Source: Isurus oxyrinchus
Taxonomy: Eukaryota
Assembly: GCA_026770705.1 (NCBI GenBank)
Contig: JANJGN010000121.1
Span: 248,001 to 312,000 of the forward strand
Reading direction: 5' to 3'
DNA length: 64,000 bases
Positions within the stretch are counted from its first letter, which is position 1. Every line of letters begins with the position of its first letter. Positions 45,955 through 59,000 of the stretch are shown here, one piece after another. The position numbers and the translations under genes are program-made. The notes beneath the pieces are model-generated. The model saw nothing but the letters and a program-made list of their open reading frames with translations. It had not been told where the DNA came from and made no database searches.

Positions 45955-46165
45955 TGTCAGTACTGAGCAAGTGCTGCACTGTCGGATGGTCATTACTGAG
46001 CGAGTGTTGCACTATTGTAAGGTCAGTACTGAGGGAGATCTCCACTGTTTGAGGGTCAGTACTGAGGGAGTGCTGCACTGTCAGAGGGACATTAATCAGG
46101 GAGTGCTGCAATGTTGGAGGATCAGTACTGAGGGAGTGCTGCACTGTTGGAGGGTCAGTAGTAAG
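45955..46165. repeat. 33-bp minisatellite, degenerate
   Basis: About 6 units. Confidence 0.8.
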
Positions 46166-46319
46166 GTGCTGATTTACAAGACAGGACAATGGATTAGGAG
46201 CCCTCAGAACTCCCCCCATTATCACCATCATGAATCACTAATTAGCCTAACATTCCTGTCTGCTCTTCAACACAGCTGATTGGCTAATCTGATTCACTAT
46301 CATTGGTGCACTTTGTATG

Positions 46320-46445
46320 TTCATTGTCTAAGGAATCTCTTTGGATCCTCATTGTCTAAGGAATCTCTTTGGATCCTCATGTCTAAGGAATCTTTTTGGA
46401 TCCTCATTGTCTAAGGAATCTCTTTGGATCCTCATTGTCTGAGGG
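46320..46445. repeat. 28-bp tandem repeat (ctcattgtctaaggaatctctttggatc)
   Basis: About 4 units; about 2 units at the paralogous site 13890-13950. Confidence 0.85.
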
Positions 46446-47230
46446 ATTATTTCTGATCCAAACCCCATATTGTTGTATTGTTGATTCCGATGCAGCATTG
46501 TAGACTGACTTGTCCCCAAGCTCAGCACTGAACCTACTCCAGCAGACACTGTGAAACACACTAACAAAGCGCCTCTAGCCTGAGCTCTGCATGTGTCAAG
46601 AGCAAAGACAAATATGCAAACTGAATATTGACACCTTTGCACACAGACAGCTTTACCTTCCTTCTCTCTTTCAGTTATCTTGCTCCCTTATTGAAGTATC
46701 TAGCAAGGTGAGAATGGACAGGAAGTGTGACACTGAACAGCCTGTCTATTCTAGGAGCTGCTGTGTTGTCTTCATGGGAAATTCTGATTAAAATCAGCAA
46801 AAGACACAAATTTCATTCCTTTGCTATCGGAGTCCAAGCATCAGGATAGACTTCATCCCCCAATATTTATCACTGTTTCTCAACTCAACACCTCACGCCT
46901 TCCGCCACTCGCTGACCTGCACTGGCTCCCAGTCCAGCAGAGCCTCGAGTTTAAGATTCTCATCCTCAATTTCCATTCCCTCCATTCCTCTTCTCCAATC
47001 ACTTTCTCCTCCCACCATGCAAACCTCAAAGTCCTCTGCTCTCCTCCAATTCTGCTGTCAGACAGGGAGTCAGTGTATATCAGTGAGCACAGGGGTGATG
47101 GGTGAATGGGACTTGGTGTGAGTTTGTACACTGGCTCACTGCTGAATCTGTTCCCAATCACAGCTCAATAAGAATTATGTTTTACAAAGATGATTAGCCA
47201 TAAATCTATCCAAGCTGACAATGATATTAC

Positions 47231-47270
47231 CTTGGAGAAGTGACAGGAGGAAGTAAGATTTCCTGATCAT
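47231..47270 (-). CDS. Second (distal or orphan) signal-peptide exon (MIRKSYFLLSLLQ)
   Basis: Intact leader copy with no V exon of its own. Confidence 0.6.
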
Positions 47271-47713
47271 TGTCCACTCCCAGGTATTTCATTGGTTCTC
47301 AAGCTGTGAAAGAGAAATGAGTTAATGAGACCTCACCTCTTGTCCGACAGCTCTCGAGAGATCAGAACTGCTTTTAGACAATGTCTTCACAGACTAATTT
47401 CATTCTCTGTGGGATGATAGGTGCTCTGCAGAGAGTTACAAGGCTTTAAGAAAGTAAAACAATGAAGGACTTGCATTTCTATATCACCTTTCCCCTGCTC
47501 AGGACACCCCAAAGCTCTTGTCCCTGCTCTTCCCTCATCCCTTGAGCTAGAAAGATGTTCTGTACAACAGACTTGAGTCTCACACCCAGATCTCAATAAC
47601 CAGTAGAAATCTTTCAAAGGCATCAATCATTGTAATCTGTCTTTATAAAGTCACAACATCAACAAAGGACTTTGTCGGTGGTGGAAGTGAATTCCAATCG
47701 TTCTGTTACTTAC

Positions 47714-47854
47714 CCAGGACCTGTCCGACTGCTCGCCTGGGGAGGAACTGCCCACACGCTCTGCTTGGGCTGAATGACCTCTTCCTGTGCTGCTCCCTCT
47801 GTGTATTTAATTAGAAAGGGTTGATGTGTCACTGTGAGACAAAATGAGGAAGTG
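47714..47854 (-). promoter_or_regulatory. Putative 5'UTR exon / promoter block copy
   Basis: Copy of 15610-15750 with AAAATGAGGAAGTG. Confidence 0.45.
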
Positions 47855-47959
47855 GTTAGTACCAAGTTAGAAAGCATCTCTTTGCCTCGCACAGTTAGAA
47901 AACTGTTAACCCTTTGCGTGCCAAGAATGTGGCTGAAGGGCCATCGACTGTTCACATGC

Positions 47960-48640
47960 AACAAGCTCGAGGGGGTTGAACGGGCCTTCTCCTGTTCCTG
48001 TGTAACAGGCTTGAGGGGCTGAATGGACCTCTTCCTGTTCTTGTGTAAGAGGCTTGTGTGGCTGAATGGGCCTCCTCCTTTTCCTGTATAACAGCCTCAA
48101 GGGACTGAATGAACATCCTACTCCGCTTCTTGTGTAACATGCTTGAGGGGCTGTTTGGGCCCCCTCATGTTCTTATATAAGATGCTCGTGTGGCTGAATG
48201 AGACTTCTCCTGTTCCTATGTAACTGACTTGAGGGGCTGAATGGACCTCCTCCTGTTCCTGTTCATCAAGCTCATGGGGCTGAAATGACGTCCTTACGTT
48301 CTGGTGTAAGAGGCTCGAAGGTCTGAATGGGCCTCCTCCTGTTCCTGTGTAACAGGCTCGAGGGGCTGAATGGGCCTCCTCCTGTTCCTATGTAACAGGC
48401 TCGAGGGGCTGAATGGGCCTCCTCCTGTTCCTGTGTAACAGGCTCGAGGGGCTGAATCGGCTTCCTCCTGTTCCTGTGTAACAGGCTTGAGGGGCTGAAT
48501 GGCCTCCTCCTTTTCCTGTATAACAGGCTCATGGGGCTGAATGGCCTCCTCCTGTTCCTGTGTAACAGGCTCGAGGGGACTGAATGGCCTCCTCCTGTTC
48601 CTGTGTAACAGTGTCGAGGGGATGAATGTCCTCCTCTCAT
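47960..48640. repeat. 43-bp tandem repeat resembling a CR1 3' tail (gtaacaggctcgaggggctgaatgggcctcctcctgttcctgt)
   Basis: About 16 units; unit resembles the LINE end at 28795-28830. Confidence 0.88.
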
Positions 48641-48641
48641 T

Positions 48642-48858
48642 AAAAATAAATACTGCAGATGTTATAAATCTTCAATAAAAACAGAAACTGCTGCCTTACC
48701 TCAGCAGGTCTGGCAGCAGCTGTGGAGAGAGAAACAGAATTTTTGCTTATAGACTCTGAAGAAGGGTCATACGGACTCGAAATGTTAATTCCGTTTATCT
48801 CTCCACAGATGCTGCCAGACCTACTCAGTTTCTCCAGCATTTTCTGTTTTTATTTCAG
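48642..48858. mobile_element. Penelope-type terminal repeats in inverted arrangement
   Basis: caggtctggcagcagctgtggagaga versus tctctccacagatgctgccagacc. Confidence 0.65.
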
Positions 48859-49973
48859 GTGCTCTCTTGTTCCTGTGTAGCAGGTTCGAGGGGGCTGAAT
48901 GACCTCCTCCTGTTCCTATTCAATGGGCAGTCAAAGTATGCGTCTGATTTGGGACCTCAAACCCAATTCTGTCCTCAGGACATTGACAGATGGGGAGACC
49001 AGTTACAGGTTAATGCCGGAGGATTATTTATTTTCCCAATCTTTTATCCAAGAATGTCATCAAACATAGAGCAGAACCAGGATCAAGGATGTTGGTCTCT
49101 GTGATCTGTAACACATCGCACAGTCCACCCATCCACTCAGCCTTCAGGATGGATGCTCATTGTACTCTCCAAGTGTGAAAGACTAAAATGGTGGTTTATT
49201 GCAGCTCTATTTCATTCTGTTATCAAAGCTGTCTCATCCATCTATGACATATTGAAGAAGGTAAACCTGCAACCAATTTTTCACATCATAATTTCCAATG
49301 TTCATTGGCAACATCAATGTAAACATGTCACGCTGAAATGATGTCCTGCCACCAGTGGTGGCACTGTAGCACATCTGTTATCCTCTGAGCTGCAGAGAAT
49401 TTCTCAAATCTCCAAACAAATTGTTTCCATGTTTCTGGGATTGCTGTTAGTTTTGCGGTTTAACGATGAAGTGTAAAATCCAAATATATATCTGAAAATA
49501 CATTTGATTACAAAATGCTGAGTAAATTTTGCCAATCTCCTCTGCTCCAATTATCCACCGATCCTGCATTTCCTGAAGTCTGCACTGGCTGATGAATATT
49601 CTGTAAACACTGACAGACAGGAAGGTGAATAACAGAATGAAAATTAACTCATAATCACGGACACGGGATTGAATTTGTCCGTTCTGTCCTGGTACATCAT
49701 CGAACGATATCTAAAGACATTTACAATCAGAATGGAGAGAAGGATGTTTCCAACAGTGAGGGACAATTCTGAAGGAGGATGTTCAAATTGAAACCCACAG
49801 ACAATCATCATGGATAGATCATTCCGAAGAAATTCCATCAGATTGTAACAAGAGGTTTAAATCTATTTCCTGGGAGTGAGTTCCTGTGGATATTAGGAAG
49901 GTAAATTGGAGTTTTGAATGATTCTCCCATTCTGTATTCTCCCCACACTGTGTGTGTCTCATTCTTGCTCAGT

Positions 49974-50090
49974 TTATAAATTCCCATACACAGAATCCTT
50001 GGCAAATTCACAGTTTGCGTAAAGATCATCATCTGTATCAGGATTGACTCCGCGGTTAGATTTCATTTCCAGATCCTTCTCATCTTTCTT
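49974..50090 (-). CDS. Gene D terminal exon (KKDEKDLEMKSNRGVNPDTDDDLYANCEFAKDSVYGNL*)
   Basis: tttctattacag acceptor, phase 0; two Tyr motifs in acidic context; ends in ITIM-consensus SVYGNL. Confidence 0.75.
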   Translation of the reverse strand, partial: KKDEKDLEMKSNRGVNPDTDDDLYANCEFAKDSVYGNL

Positions 50091-53000
50091 CTGTAATAGA
50101 AACAGAAATGATCAGAGTGACAATCAGAGTGATCAGTGTTTAGTATTATTGATCCAAATCGAAAATTCCACCCACAATAGATACATTAATTATTGATACT
50201 GAACAGGGTTTGATTATTGATTCTGAACGGGGTTTGATTATTGATTCTGAACGCGGTTTGATTATTGATTCTGAACGCGGTTTGATTATTGATTCTGAAT
50301 GGGGTTTGATTATTGATACTGAACCGGGTTTGTTTATTGATAATGAACGGGGTGTGATTATTGATTCTGAACGGTGTTTGATTATTGATTCTGAACAGGG
50401 TTTGATTATTGATTCTGAACGGGGTTTGATTATTGATTCTGAACAGGGTTTGATTATTGATTTTGAACGGGATTTGATTATTGATTCTGATCGGGGTTTG
50501 ATTATTGATTCTGAAGGGGGTTTGATTATTGATACTGAACGGGGTTTGATTATTGATTCTGAACAGGGTTTGATTATTGATACTGAAAGGGGTTTGATTA
50601 TTGATTCTGAACGGGGTTTGATTATTGATACTGAATGGGGTTTGATTATTGATTCTGAACAGGGTTTGATTATTGATTCTGAATGGGGTTTGATTATTGA
50701 TTCTGAATGGCATTTGATTATTGATACTGAATGGGGTGTGAATACTGATTCTGAACGGGGTTTGATTATTGATACTGAATGGGGTTTGATTATTGATATT
50801 GAATGGGTTTTGATTATTGATTCTGAATGGGGTTTGATTATTGATTCTGAACGGGGTTTGATTATTGATTCTGAACGGGGTTTGATTATTGATTCTGAAC
50901 GGGGTTTGATTATTGATACTGAACGGGGTTTGATTATTGATACTGAATGGGGTTTGATTATTGATACTGAATGGGGTTTGATTATTGATTCTGAACGGGG
51001 TTTGATTATTGATTCTGAACGGTGTTGGGTGTGAGTTTGGTTGGGTTTGGGAGTGACTGTATAAAACATTGCAGATACAGGACTGGAGCAGCCATATCAA
51101 TAACCAGGCTACTGGAGCAGCTGAGAGGCTGTGGATCCTGTGGTGTGTGACTCACCTGATTCCTCAAAGCCCAACCACGCTCACAGTTTTCATAAACAGG
51201 ACTTCGATGTTCATCAACACGATGGTTCGATTTGATTCCTGCTTTCCCCTCGCCTCTCTTCTGTAATAGAGATGGAAATGGACAGAGTGACAATCAACAT
51301 GATGTGTATTCGGTGTTGGGTTTGATTATTGGGGAGAGAGTTCCAGATTTCCACTCCCCTTTGTGTGAAGAAGTGCTTCCTGACATCACCCCTGAATGGC
51401 CTGGCTCCAATCTGAAGTTCCAGCCCCCTTGTTCTGGACTCCACCCGACCTCCACCACCCACCCCCACCCGAGGGAATAGCTTCTCTCTATCGACCCTAT
51501 CGAGTGTTTAATCAGTTTGAACCCCTCAGTTAGATCCCTCCTTAATCTTCTAGACCCGAGGGAATATAATCGTAGACTGTGTGTAACCTGTCTGCACAAT
51601 TTAACCAGAAAAATGTTCTGTACAACAGACTTGAGCCTCACACCCAGATCTCAATAATCAGTAGAAATCTTTCAAAGGCATCAATCATTGGAATCTGTCT
51701 TCATAAAGTCACAACATCAACAAAGGACGGTGTTGGTGGTGGAAGTGAATTCCAATCGTTCTGTTACTTACCCAGGACCTGTCCGACTGTTCGCCTGGGG
51801 AGGAACTGCCCACACGCTCTGCTTCGGCTGAATGACCTCTTCCTGTGCTGATCCCTCTGTGTATTTAATGAGAAAGGGTTGATGTGTCACTGTGAGTCAA
51901 ATCAGGAATTGGGGAACAATTGTGAAAACACTTTCATTGAAACGTTGGGCCTTAGTGTTGTGTTGTAAACAAACTGTTAACCCTTTGTGTCCTGACTCTG
52001 TGACGTGATTCCTGTGTAAAGCTGAGCAGTCGTTGAGCGAGTTTCAATTCACTGCTCACTCCAGGTGTTGAGGTGGATCTTCTGAAGGAGCAGATGTTGC
52101 TCAGCACTCCTTAAAAATGTGAGATACTGAACAACGTGTAAGAGGATGAGAGAGAGAATGAGAAGGAGAGCATTAGTGGAGATAGGAGAGAGAGTGAATG
52201 AGAGAGAGAATTAGAAGGAGAGCATTAGTGGAGATTGGAGAGAGAGGGAATGAGAGAGATAATGAGAAGGAGAGCATTAGTGGAGATAAGAGAGAGAGTG
52301 AATGAGAGAGAGAATGAGAAGGCGTGCATTAGTGGCGATAAGAGAGAGTGAATGAATCATGGAAAATGGAAAGAGATTGCATTCACTAACAAAAGAAAGG
52401 TTTTTATTTGTATAGCAGCATTCACAAACTCAGGAGGTCAGAAGCTATTTTATGGTCCGGGTCAACACTGCCAGTTACAGGACTGAGTTGTGAAACAGTG
52501 AGTGTTGGATGAGATGTTAAACACTAGGTGAACATCAAAACTCTTCAGGGACTGCGAAGGGTTTTGGATTGTAAAAGGTGCTATAGAAATGCAAGTTCTT
52601 TCTATAAGGAGAGAAGTTTGAAGAAAACATTTTCAAAAACAACCAATTAAACCTTCACACTTACTTTCTCACACACTTGAAAATGAAGAATCCACTCAGT
52701 CCAACACTCAAACAGATTCCAGCTCCAAGCAATCCTGCTTTCCATTCATTGGAATCTCGCCCTGTAAAATCAGCCAATGAATGACTCCGGTACAGTTTGA
52801 GAATGGTTCCCTATGTACATGTAGTAATTCTGAACTTGTGAAGTGATATTGTCTATGCATGAAAGGTCTATACAAATAACATTTATCTATGTAATATTTA
52901 TTGATAATATCCATGTACATGCAGGTTTCTATAAGGAGGATTCACATATAACAGAGGTGCCAAGCTGCTGAGGTGACACACAGGACTACATACACACCAA

Positions 53001-56000
53001 ACAGCGGAAACAACATGCTATAGACAGAGCAAAGCGATCCCACAACCAACGGGTCAGATCTAAGCTCTGCAGTCCTGCCACATCCAGTCATGAATGGTGA
53101 TGGACAATAAAGATCTAACAGGAGGAGGATGTTCCACAAATATCCCCATCCTTAATGATGGGGGAGCTCAGCACATCAGTGCAAACAACAAGGCTGAAGC
53201 ATTGGCAACCATGTTCAGCCAGAAGTGCTGAGTGGATGATCCATCTCGGCCTCTTCCAGAGGGTCCCAGCATCACAGATGTCAGCTTTCAGACAATTCGA
53301 TTGACTCCACGTGACATCAGGAATCAGCTGATGATACTGGATACAGCAAAGGCTATTGGCCCTGGCAACAACCCAGCAACAGGAAATAATGTGGCTACAA
53401 GAGCGGGTAAGAGGCTGGGAACTCTGCAGTGAGTAATTCAACTCCTGACCCCCCAAAGCCTGTCCACCATCGGACAAGGCACAAGTCAGGAGTGTGATGG
53501 AATAATCTCCACTTGGCTGGATGAGTGCAGCTCCAACAACACTCAAGAAGCTCGACACCATCCAGGAGCAGCTTGTTTGATCGACAGCCCAGCCACCAGC
53601 ATAAACATTCATACCCTCCACCACTGGCACACAATGGCAGCAATGTGCACCATGTACAAGATGCGCTGCAGCAACTCACCAAGGCTCCTTCGACAGCACC
53701 TTCCAAACCCTTAACCTCATCCACCAAGACAGTTCCAAGTCAGTGAGGTGTGTGACTTGGAGGCGAACTTGAGGTGGTGGTCTGCCCTGGGACTTGGAAC
53801 TATATCGGCCGTTCCTTCACCGTCTCTGGGTCAAAATCCTGGAACTCCCTCCCTAACAGCACTGTGGGTGTACCTACACCACATGGACTGCAGTGGTTGA
53901 AGAAGGCAGCTCACCACCACCTTCTCAAGGGGCAGTTACAGATGGGCAATAATTTCTGGCCTTGTCAACAATACTCACATCCCATGAGCTAATAATAAGA
54001 GAACGTTCAATTCTGTGTAACTCACGTTCCACAGTGATGTTTATGAATCCCTCCACTGCTCCATGTTCATTCTCTGCCACACACTGATAGTCTCCAGTGT
54101 CCCTGGATGTAACGTGAGGAATCACCAACCACAGCTCATTGTTGGAACTTGTTCTGTTCATTGGGACATTAAGATGTCGCCACATCAGGTTAGAAGCTGG
54201 GAAGCTCTCGACAGAGCAGATTATCACTGCAGAATTCCCCTCAATTATAATGATCGATGAAGCGTTAATCATATCAAGAAAATTAATTGAGAGATTCTGT
54301 GGTGCATCTATAAACAAATAAACATCAATTAAGTTACACTGACTGTGAAGCACTTTGAAAGACACTTAGAATGTGAAAGGTATGATCTCAATGTAGGTTC
54401 ATTTTCACAAAGCCCGTAATCCAGGCAGAGACTTCAGTTCAGTACTGAGGGAGTGCTGCACTGTCAGAGAGTCAGTACTGAGGGAGTGCTGCACTGTCAG
54501 AGAGTCAGTACTGAGGGAGCACTGCACCGTCAGAGGTTCAGTGCTGAGGGAGTGCGGCACTGTCAGAGGGTCATTACTGAGGGAGTGCTGTACTGTTGGT
54601 GGGTAAGTACTGAGGGAGTGCTGCACTGTCAGAGAGTCAGTACTGTGGGAGTGCTGTACTGTCAGAGGTTCAGTACATAGGGACAGCTGCACTGTCTGAT
54701 GGTCAGTCCAGAGGGGGTGCTGCACTGTTGGAGGGTCAGAACTCGGGGGGTGCTGCAGTGTGGGAGGGCCAGTACTGAGGGAGCACTGCACTGTTGAAGA
54801 GTCAGTACTGAGGGAGTGCTGCACTATCGAAGGTTCAGAACTGAGGGAGTGCTGCAGTGTTGGAGATTCAGTATTTAGGGACTGCTGCAGTGTCAGAGGC
54901 GAATTTGTATCAGTTAAAGACTATTGATTTGTTGCTAAACACAATGCAGTTGTGGGATCTTGCAGTGTACTATGTAGAGCTTTCTAGCTAATGTAGATGG
55001 AAGGGTGTCCGTTCTTACCTTGCACAGTTAGTACGAGGGTCCGCTCCGATGAAACAGATGGATATCTCACTCTGCAGCTGAGAGTGTGTCCGTGGTGTTT
55101 GAGTGATGGGATCAGGGTCAGAACAGAAGTATAGGTCAGAGTGACACCATGCTGAGTTACAGTGTTTGAGACTGATCCAGGTACGTCAGTGGGAGTGTCC
55201 CAGGTTAAGACAGGTGCTGCTGTTCCATTGCACGTTGTGTTGAAGGTGCAGCTTACATCCACACGCTTTCCTGCAATAATTTCAGCAGGGAATATCATGG
55301 GTTTATCTGTGAAATCTAACAGACAGAGAATGGATCCTTTTAGAGAAATATAACGTGAAGCATCAGTTCAAATAGAAACCACAGTCCCACAAGAGAAAGC
55401 ACTTTTACAAGGATGATATCAGAACTGAGAGGTTACAATGATCAGGAGAGCATTTCCTGCTTTGACACTTTGGTGTTTCTGTCTCTCAGCTTAACACACG
55501 TTCACTCCGAGACACTTGAACTGATAATAGTGGGTGAGGGTGGAGGAGCAGACCAGAGTTTGGAGTGCACTACCCCATCATTCACTCAGCGATCTGGGCC
55601 ATTTATTACTTTGCAATTTGTGGGAGCTTGCTGTGCGCAAATTGGCTGCTGTGTTTCTCACATTACAACAGTAACTACAATTCAGGAATCAGCTCATTGG
55701 CTGTGAAGTGATTTGGTACGTTCTGAGGTGGTGAAAGGTGCTATAGAAATGTGAATCTTTCTTCTGTCGATATGTCAGGCTTCGAGACATTAGAGATTAG
55801 GATTAGAGAGATCGATGGGAGTGGATAACCTGATAACATTGATGGACACTGTCAATATATTTAATCATTGATATTAAAGTGAGTATTAGAGGTTGCTTTA
55901 GGACTGAACTGGAAGCTATCACCAGGATATCGAGAATCAGACAGTGTGTTATAATAAACTGTGTTTTGTGTTAATATGTAAACGTCATAGTTTGTGTTAT

Positions 56001-59000
56001 TTCCCATTGAGTGTTGAATGTGAAATGTTGAGTAATTATAACACAGCACTTACCAGAAACGTGAAGCTGGGTTACAGGGTAATAGTTATAGCTCGGAGCA
56101 TTGTCAAATTCTATTCTGAAAAAATAAGGTCCTGCATCTTCCCGTCTGATGTTGTTCATAATCAGAGAACAGTCGCCATCTTTCAGGTCTCCAGACAGCC
56201 GGGTCCGATGGTGGAACTGTGGTAACTCGTGACTGTGATCCTTGGAGTGAAAGGCTATAGACAATGTTCTCCGTTCCTCATTATTAAACCAGACTCCAAC
56301 TCGTGGTTGGTTTTCCAGACACGATGGATAACTGTAATGACATGGAATCTGTACACAGGAATCTTCCTGCGCTGTCACCTCTCGTGGAGTGTCACCTTTC
56401 CACTCTTGTGACAGTCCAACTGTGGAGAGAAATCTCAATATTTATCTCTGGATGTTTTGTGGATCCACTGAACCCGATATTTACAGATGAGACAGAATTT
56501 GGAGGATGGTTAATACTGAGGAGAATGGCAACAAATTATTTTGGCAGGATGAATAGAAAAACAGAATATTATTTAAATGGAGACAGGATGCAGAATGCAG
56601 TACAGAGGGATCTGGGTGTCCTTGTACATGAATCACAGAAAGTCAGCATTCAGGAACACCACGGAATGAGGAAGGCAAGTGGAATGTTGGCCTTTATTGC
56701 AAAGGGATGGAGTATAAAAGGAGGGAAGTCTTGCAACAGCTGCACAGGGCGTTAGTGAGATTGTAACAGGATCATTGTGTACAGGCAGTTCAGAGAAGCT
56801 TCACTGGGCTGATTCCTGGGATTAAAGGGTTTGTCCTGTGAGGAAATGTTGAGCAGGTTGGGCCTGTATCCATTGGAGTTTAGAAGAATGAGGGGTGACC
56901 TTATTGAAACATATCCGATTCCGAGGGGGCTTGACAGGGTGGATGCTGGGAGGATGTTTCCCCCTCGTGGGGGAATCTAGAACCAGGGAGCACAGTTTCG
57001 GAATGAGGGCTCCCCCATTTAAGACTGAGATGAGGAGGAATTTCCTCTCTCAGAGGGGCGCTAGCCTGTGGAATTCTCTTCCCCAGAGAGCAGTGGAGGC
57101 TGGGCCATTGAATAGACTCAAGGCTGAGTGAGGCAGGTTTTTGATCGACAAGGGAGTCAAGGGTTTGGGGGACAGGCAGGAAAATGGAGTTAAGGACACC
57201 ACCAGATCAGTGAGAGCAGGCTCGAGGGGCCGAATGGCCTGCTCCTGTCCCTATTTCTTATGTTCCTACATTCTTACCTTCTTAAAATATTAAAGCTGCA
57301 GAATAAACATGCAAGTGACTGACCCGCTCGACCCACCTTCCATCTGGGGGTCCCATGGGGAGGACCCTTCCTGAGCCAGATCCACCAGCCAACATGGTCT
57401 GGATCTGAGCACAGGAGACACGGGGGGGGGAGTGACTAACAGGCTCCTTGTGACAGGCCCCGTCTGTCCAATGGCTGGCTTTCAGCTGCCATGGCCAGAG
57501 TGGTCCTTGCTAAAACCGGCTCAGGACAGGCCAGGACCCCTGTGCAGACCCCCTCCAGCACTGCAGCCTCTGTACAAACCCCTCATGCGCTTGTGGAGAG
57601 ACACAAACAAGGCTGCACATTACCGAGGAGAATCCCCTCTACGGACTAAGGGGCTGACTCATCACCTTAAACTCAGCAAATGAGGAGGCTCTCGCTCGGT
57701 ATCAGGGCTTGGCATTCGCTCAATAAAAATAATCAAATTACATTTTGGTCAGAAATCTAAGGATGTTGTACATTCCCTCAAAAATAAGACTCAAGGCTGA
57801 AGGAACAACTGCCGATGTTGGAGTGATGGGATCGGGGGAAGGTCAAGAGGCTTGGATTGGAGGAGCGCAGAGACCTCATATGGTTGGAGTGACTGGAGGA
57901 GGTTACAGAGATAGGAAGGGTTGTACGGTCTGAAAAAGTTAAGAGAGATTGGGAGAGTGTAGGGTCTGGAGGAGATTACAGAGACAGTGAGGGTTGTAGT
58001 GATTGGAGGAGTTACAGAGATAGCGAGGGTTGTAGCGGCTGGAAAAGTTAAGAGAGATTGGGAGAGTGTAGGGTCTGGAGGAGTTTGCAGAGGTAGGGAG
58101 AGTTGTAGTGACTGGGGCAGGTTACAGGGGCAGGGAAAGTTGTCAGGACTGGAGCAGGCTACAGAGATAGGGAAGCTTTTAGGGGCAGGAGGAAGTTACA
58201 GAAATAGGGAGGGTTGTAGTGGCTGGAGGAGGTTGCAGAGATTGGTAGGTTTGTTTTGGCAGGATGAATTTACAGATATAGGGAAGTGGTAGAGGCTTGA
58301 AGAGGTTACAGAGAATGGGATGGTTGTAGGTACTGGAGGAGGACGAGGAGATTACAGGGATAATGAGGAAACAAAGATGAAAATTTGGACATTGAGACTT
58401 TGCTTGACCAGGAGCCAGTCTCGGTCATCGAGCAGAGCGGGTGATAAGGGAACGGGACTTGGTGTGAGTAAGGACGTGGTCAGCAGTTTTGGATGGCCTC
58501 AAGTTTATGGAGTGTGGAGCGTGTGTTGGAACAGTCGAGTCTGGAGGTAATGAAGGTGTGGATGAGGGTTTCAGCAGCAGATGAGCTGAGACAGGGTGAT
58601 GTCGTGCGATGTTACGGAGGTGGAAATAGACGGTGTTAGTGAGGGCGCAGATATGAGGCCGGAAGCTCATCTCAGGATCAAATGGGACAACAAAGCTGTG
58701 AACAGATTGGCTTCAATCTCAGAGAGCTGCCAGGGAGAGGAATGGAGTTGGTAGCGAGGGAACAGAGTTTGGAGCGGGGAATGAAGACAATGGCTTCAGT
58801 ATTTCCAATATTTAATTGGAGGGAATTTCTGCCCATCCAGTACTGGATGTCGGATAAGCAGCCTGATAATTTAGCAGCAGTGGAGGAGTCGAGAGAGGTG
58901 GTGGTGAGGTAGAGCTGGGGATCCTCAGTGGACAGGTGAAAACTAACACTGTTCAGATGATGCTGCAAAGCCATTGCAAGTGATTCTCTGGCTACGATGA

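Noticed and set aside
50146-51100. ORFs of 274-307 aa on both strands
   Set aside because: They are translations of the 24-bp minisatellite, have no exon-like boundaries, and lie in a predicted intron
52665-52761. Lys residues near the gene D TM as a DAP12-pairing charge
   Set aside because: Both Lys (WK and FKC) sit at the helix boundaries, not in the core, and the gene has its own Tyr-bearing tail
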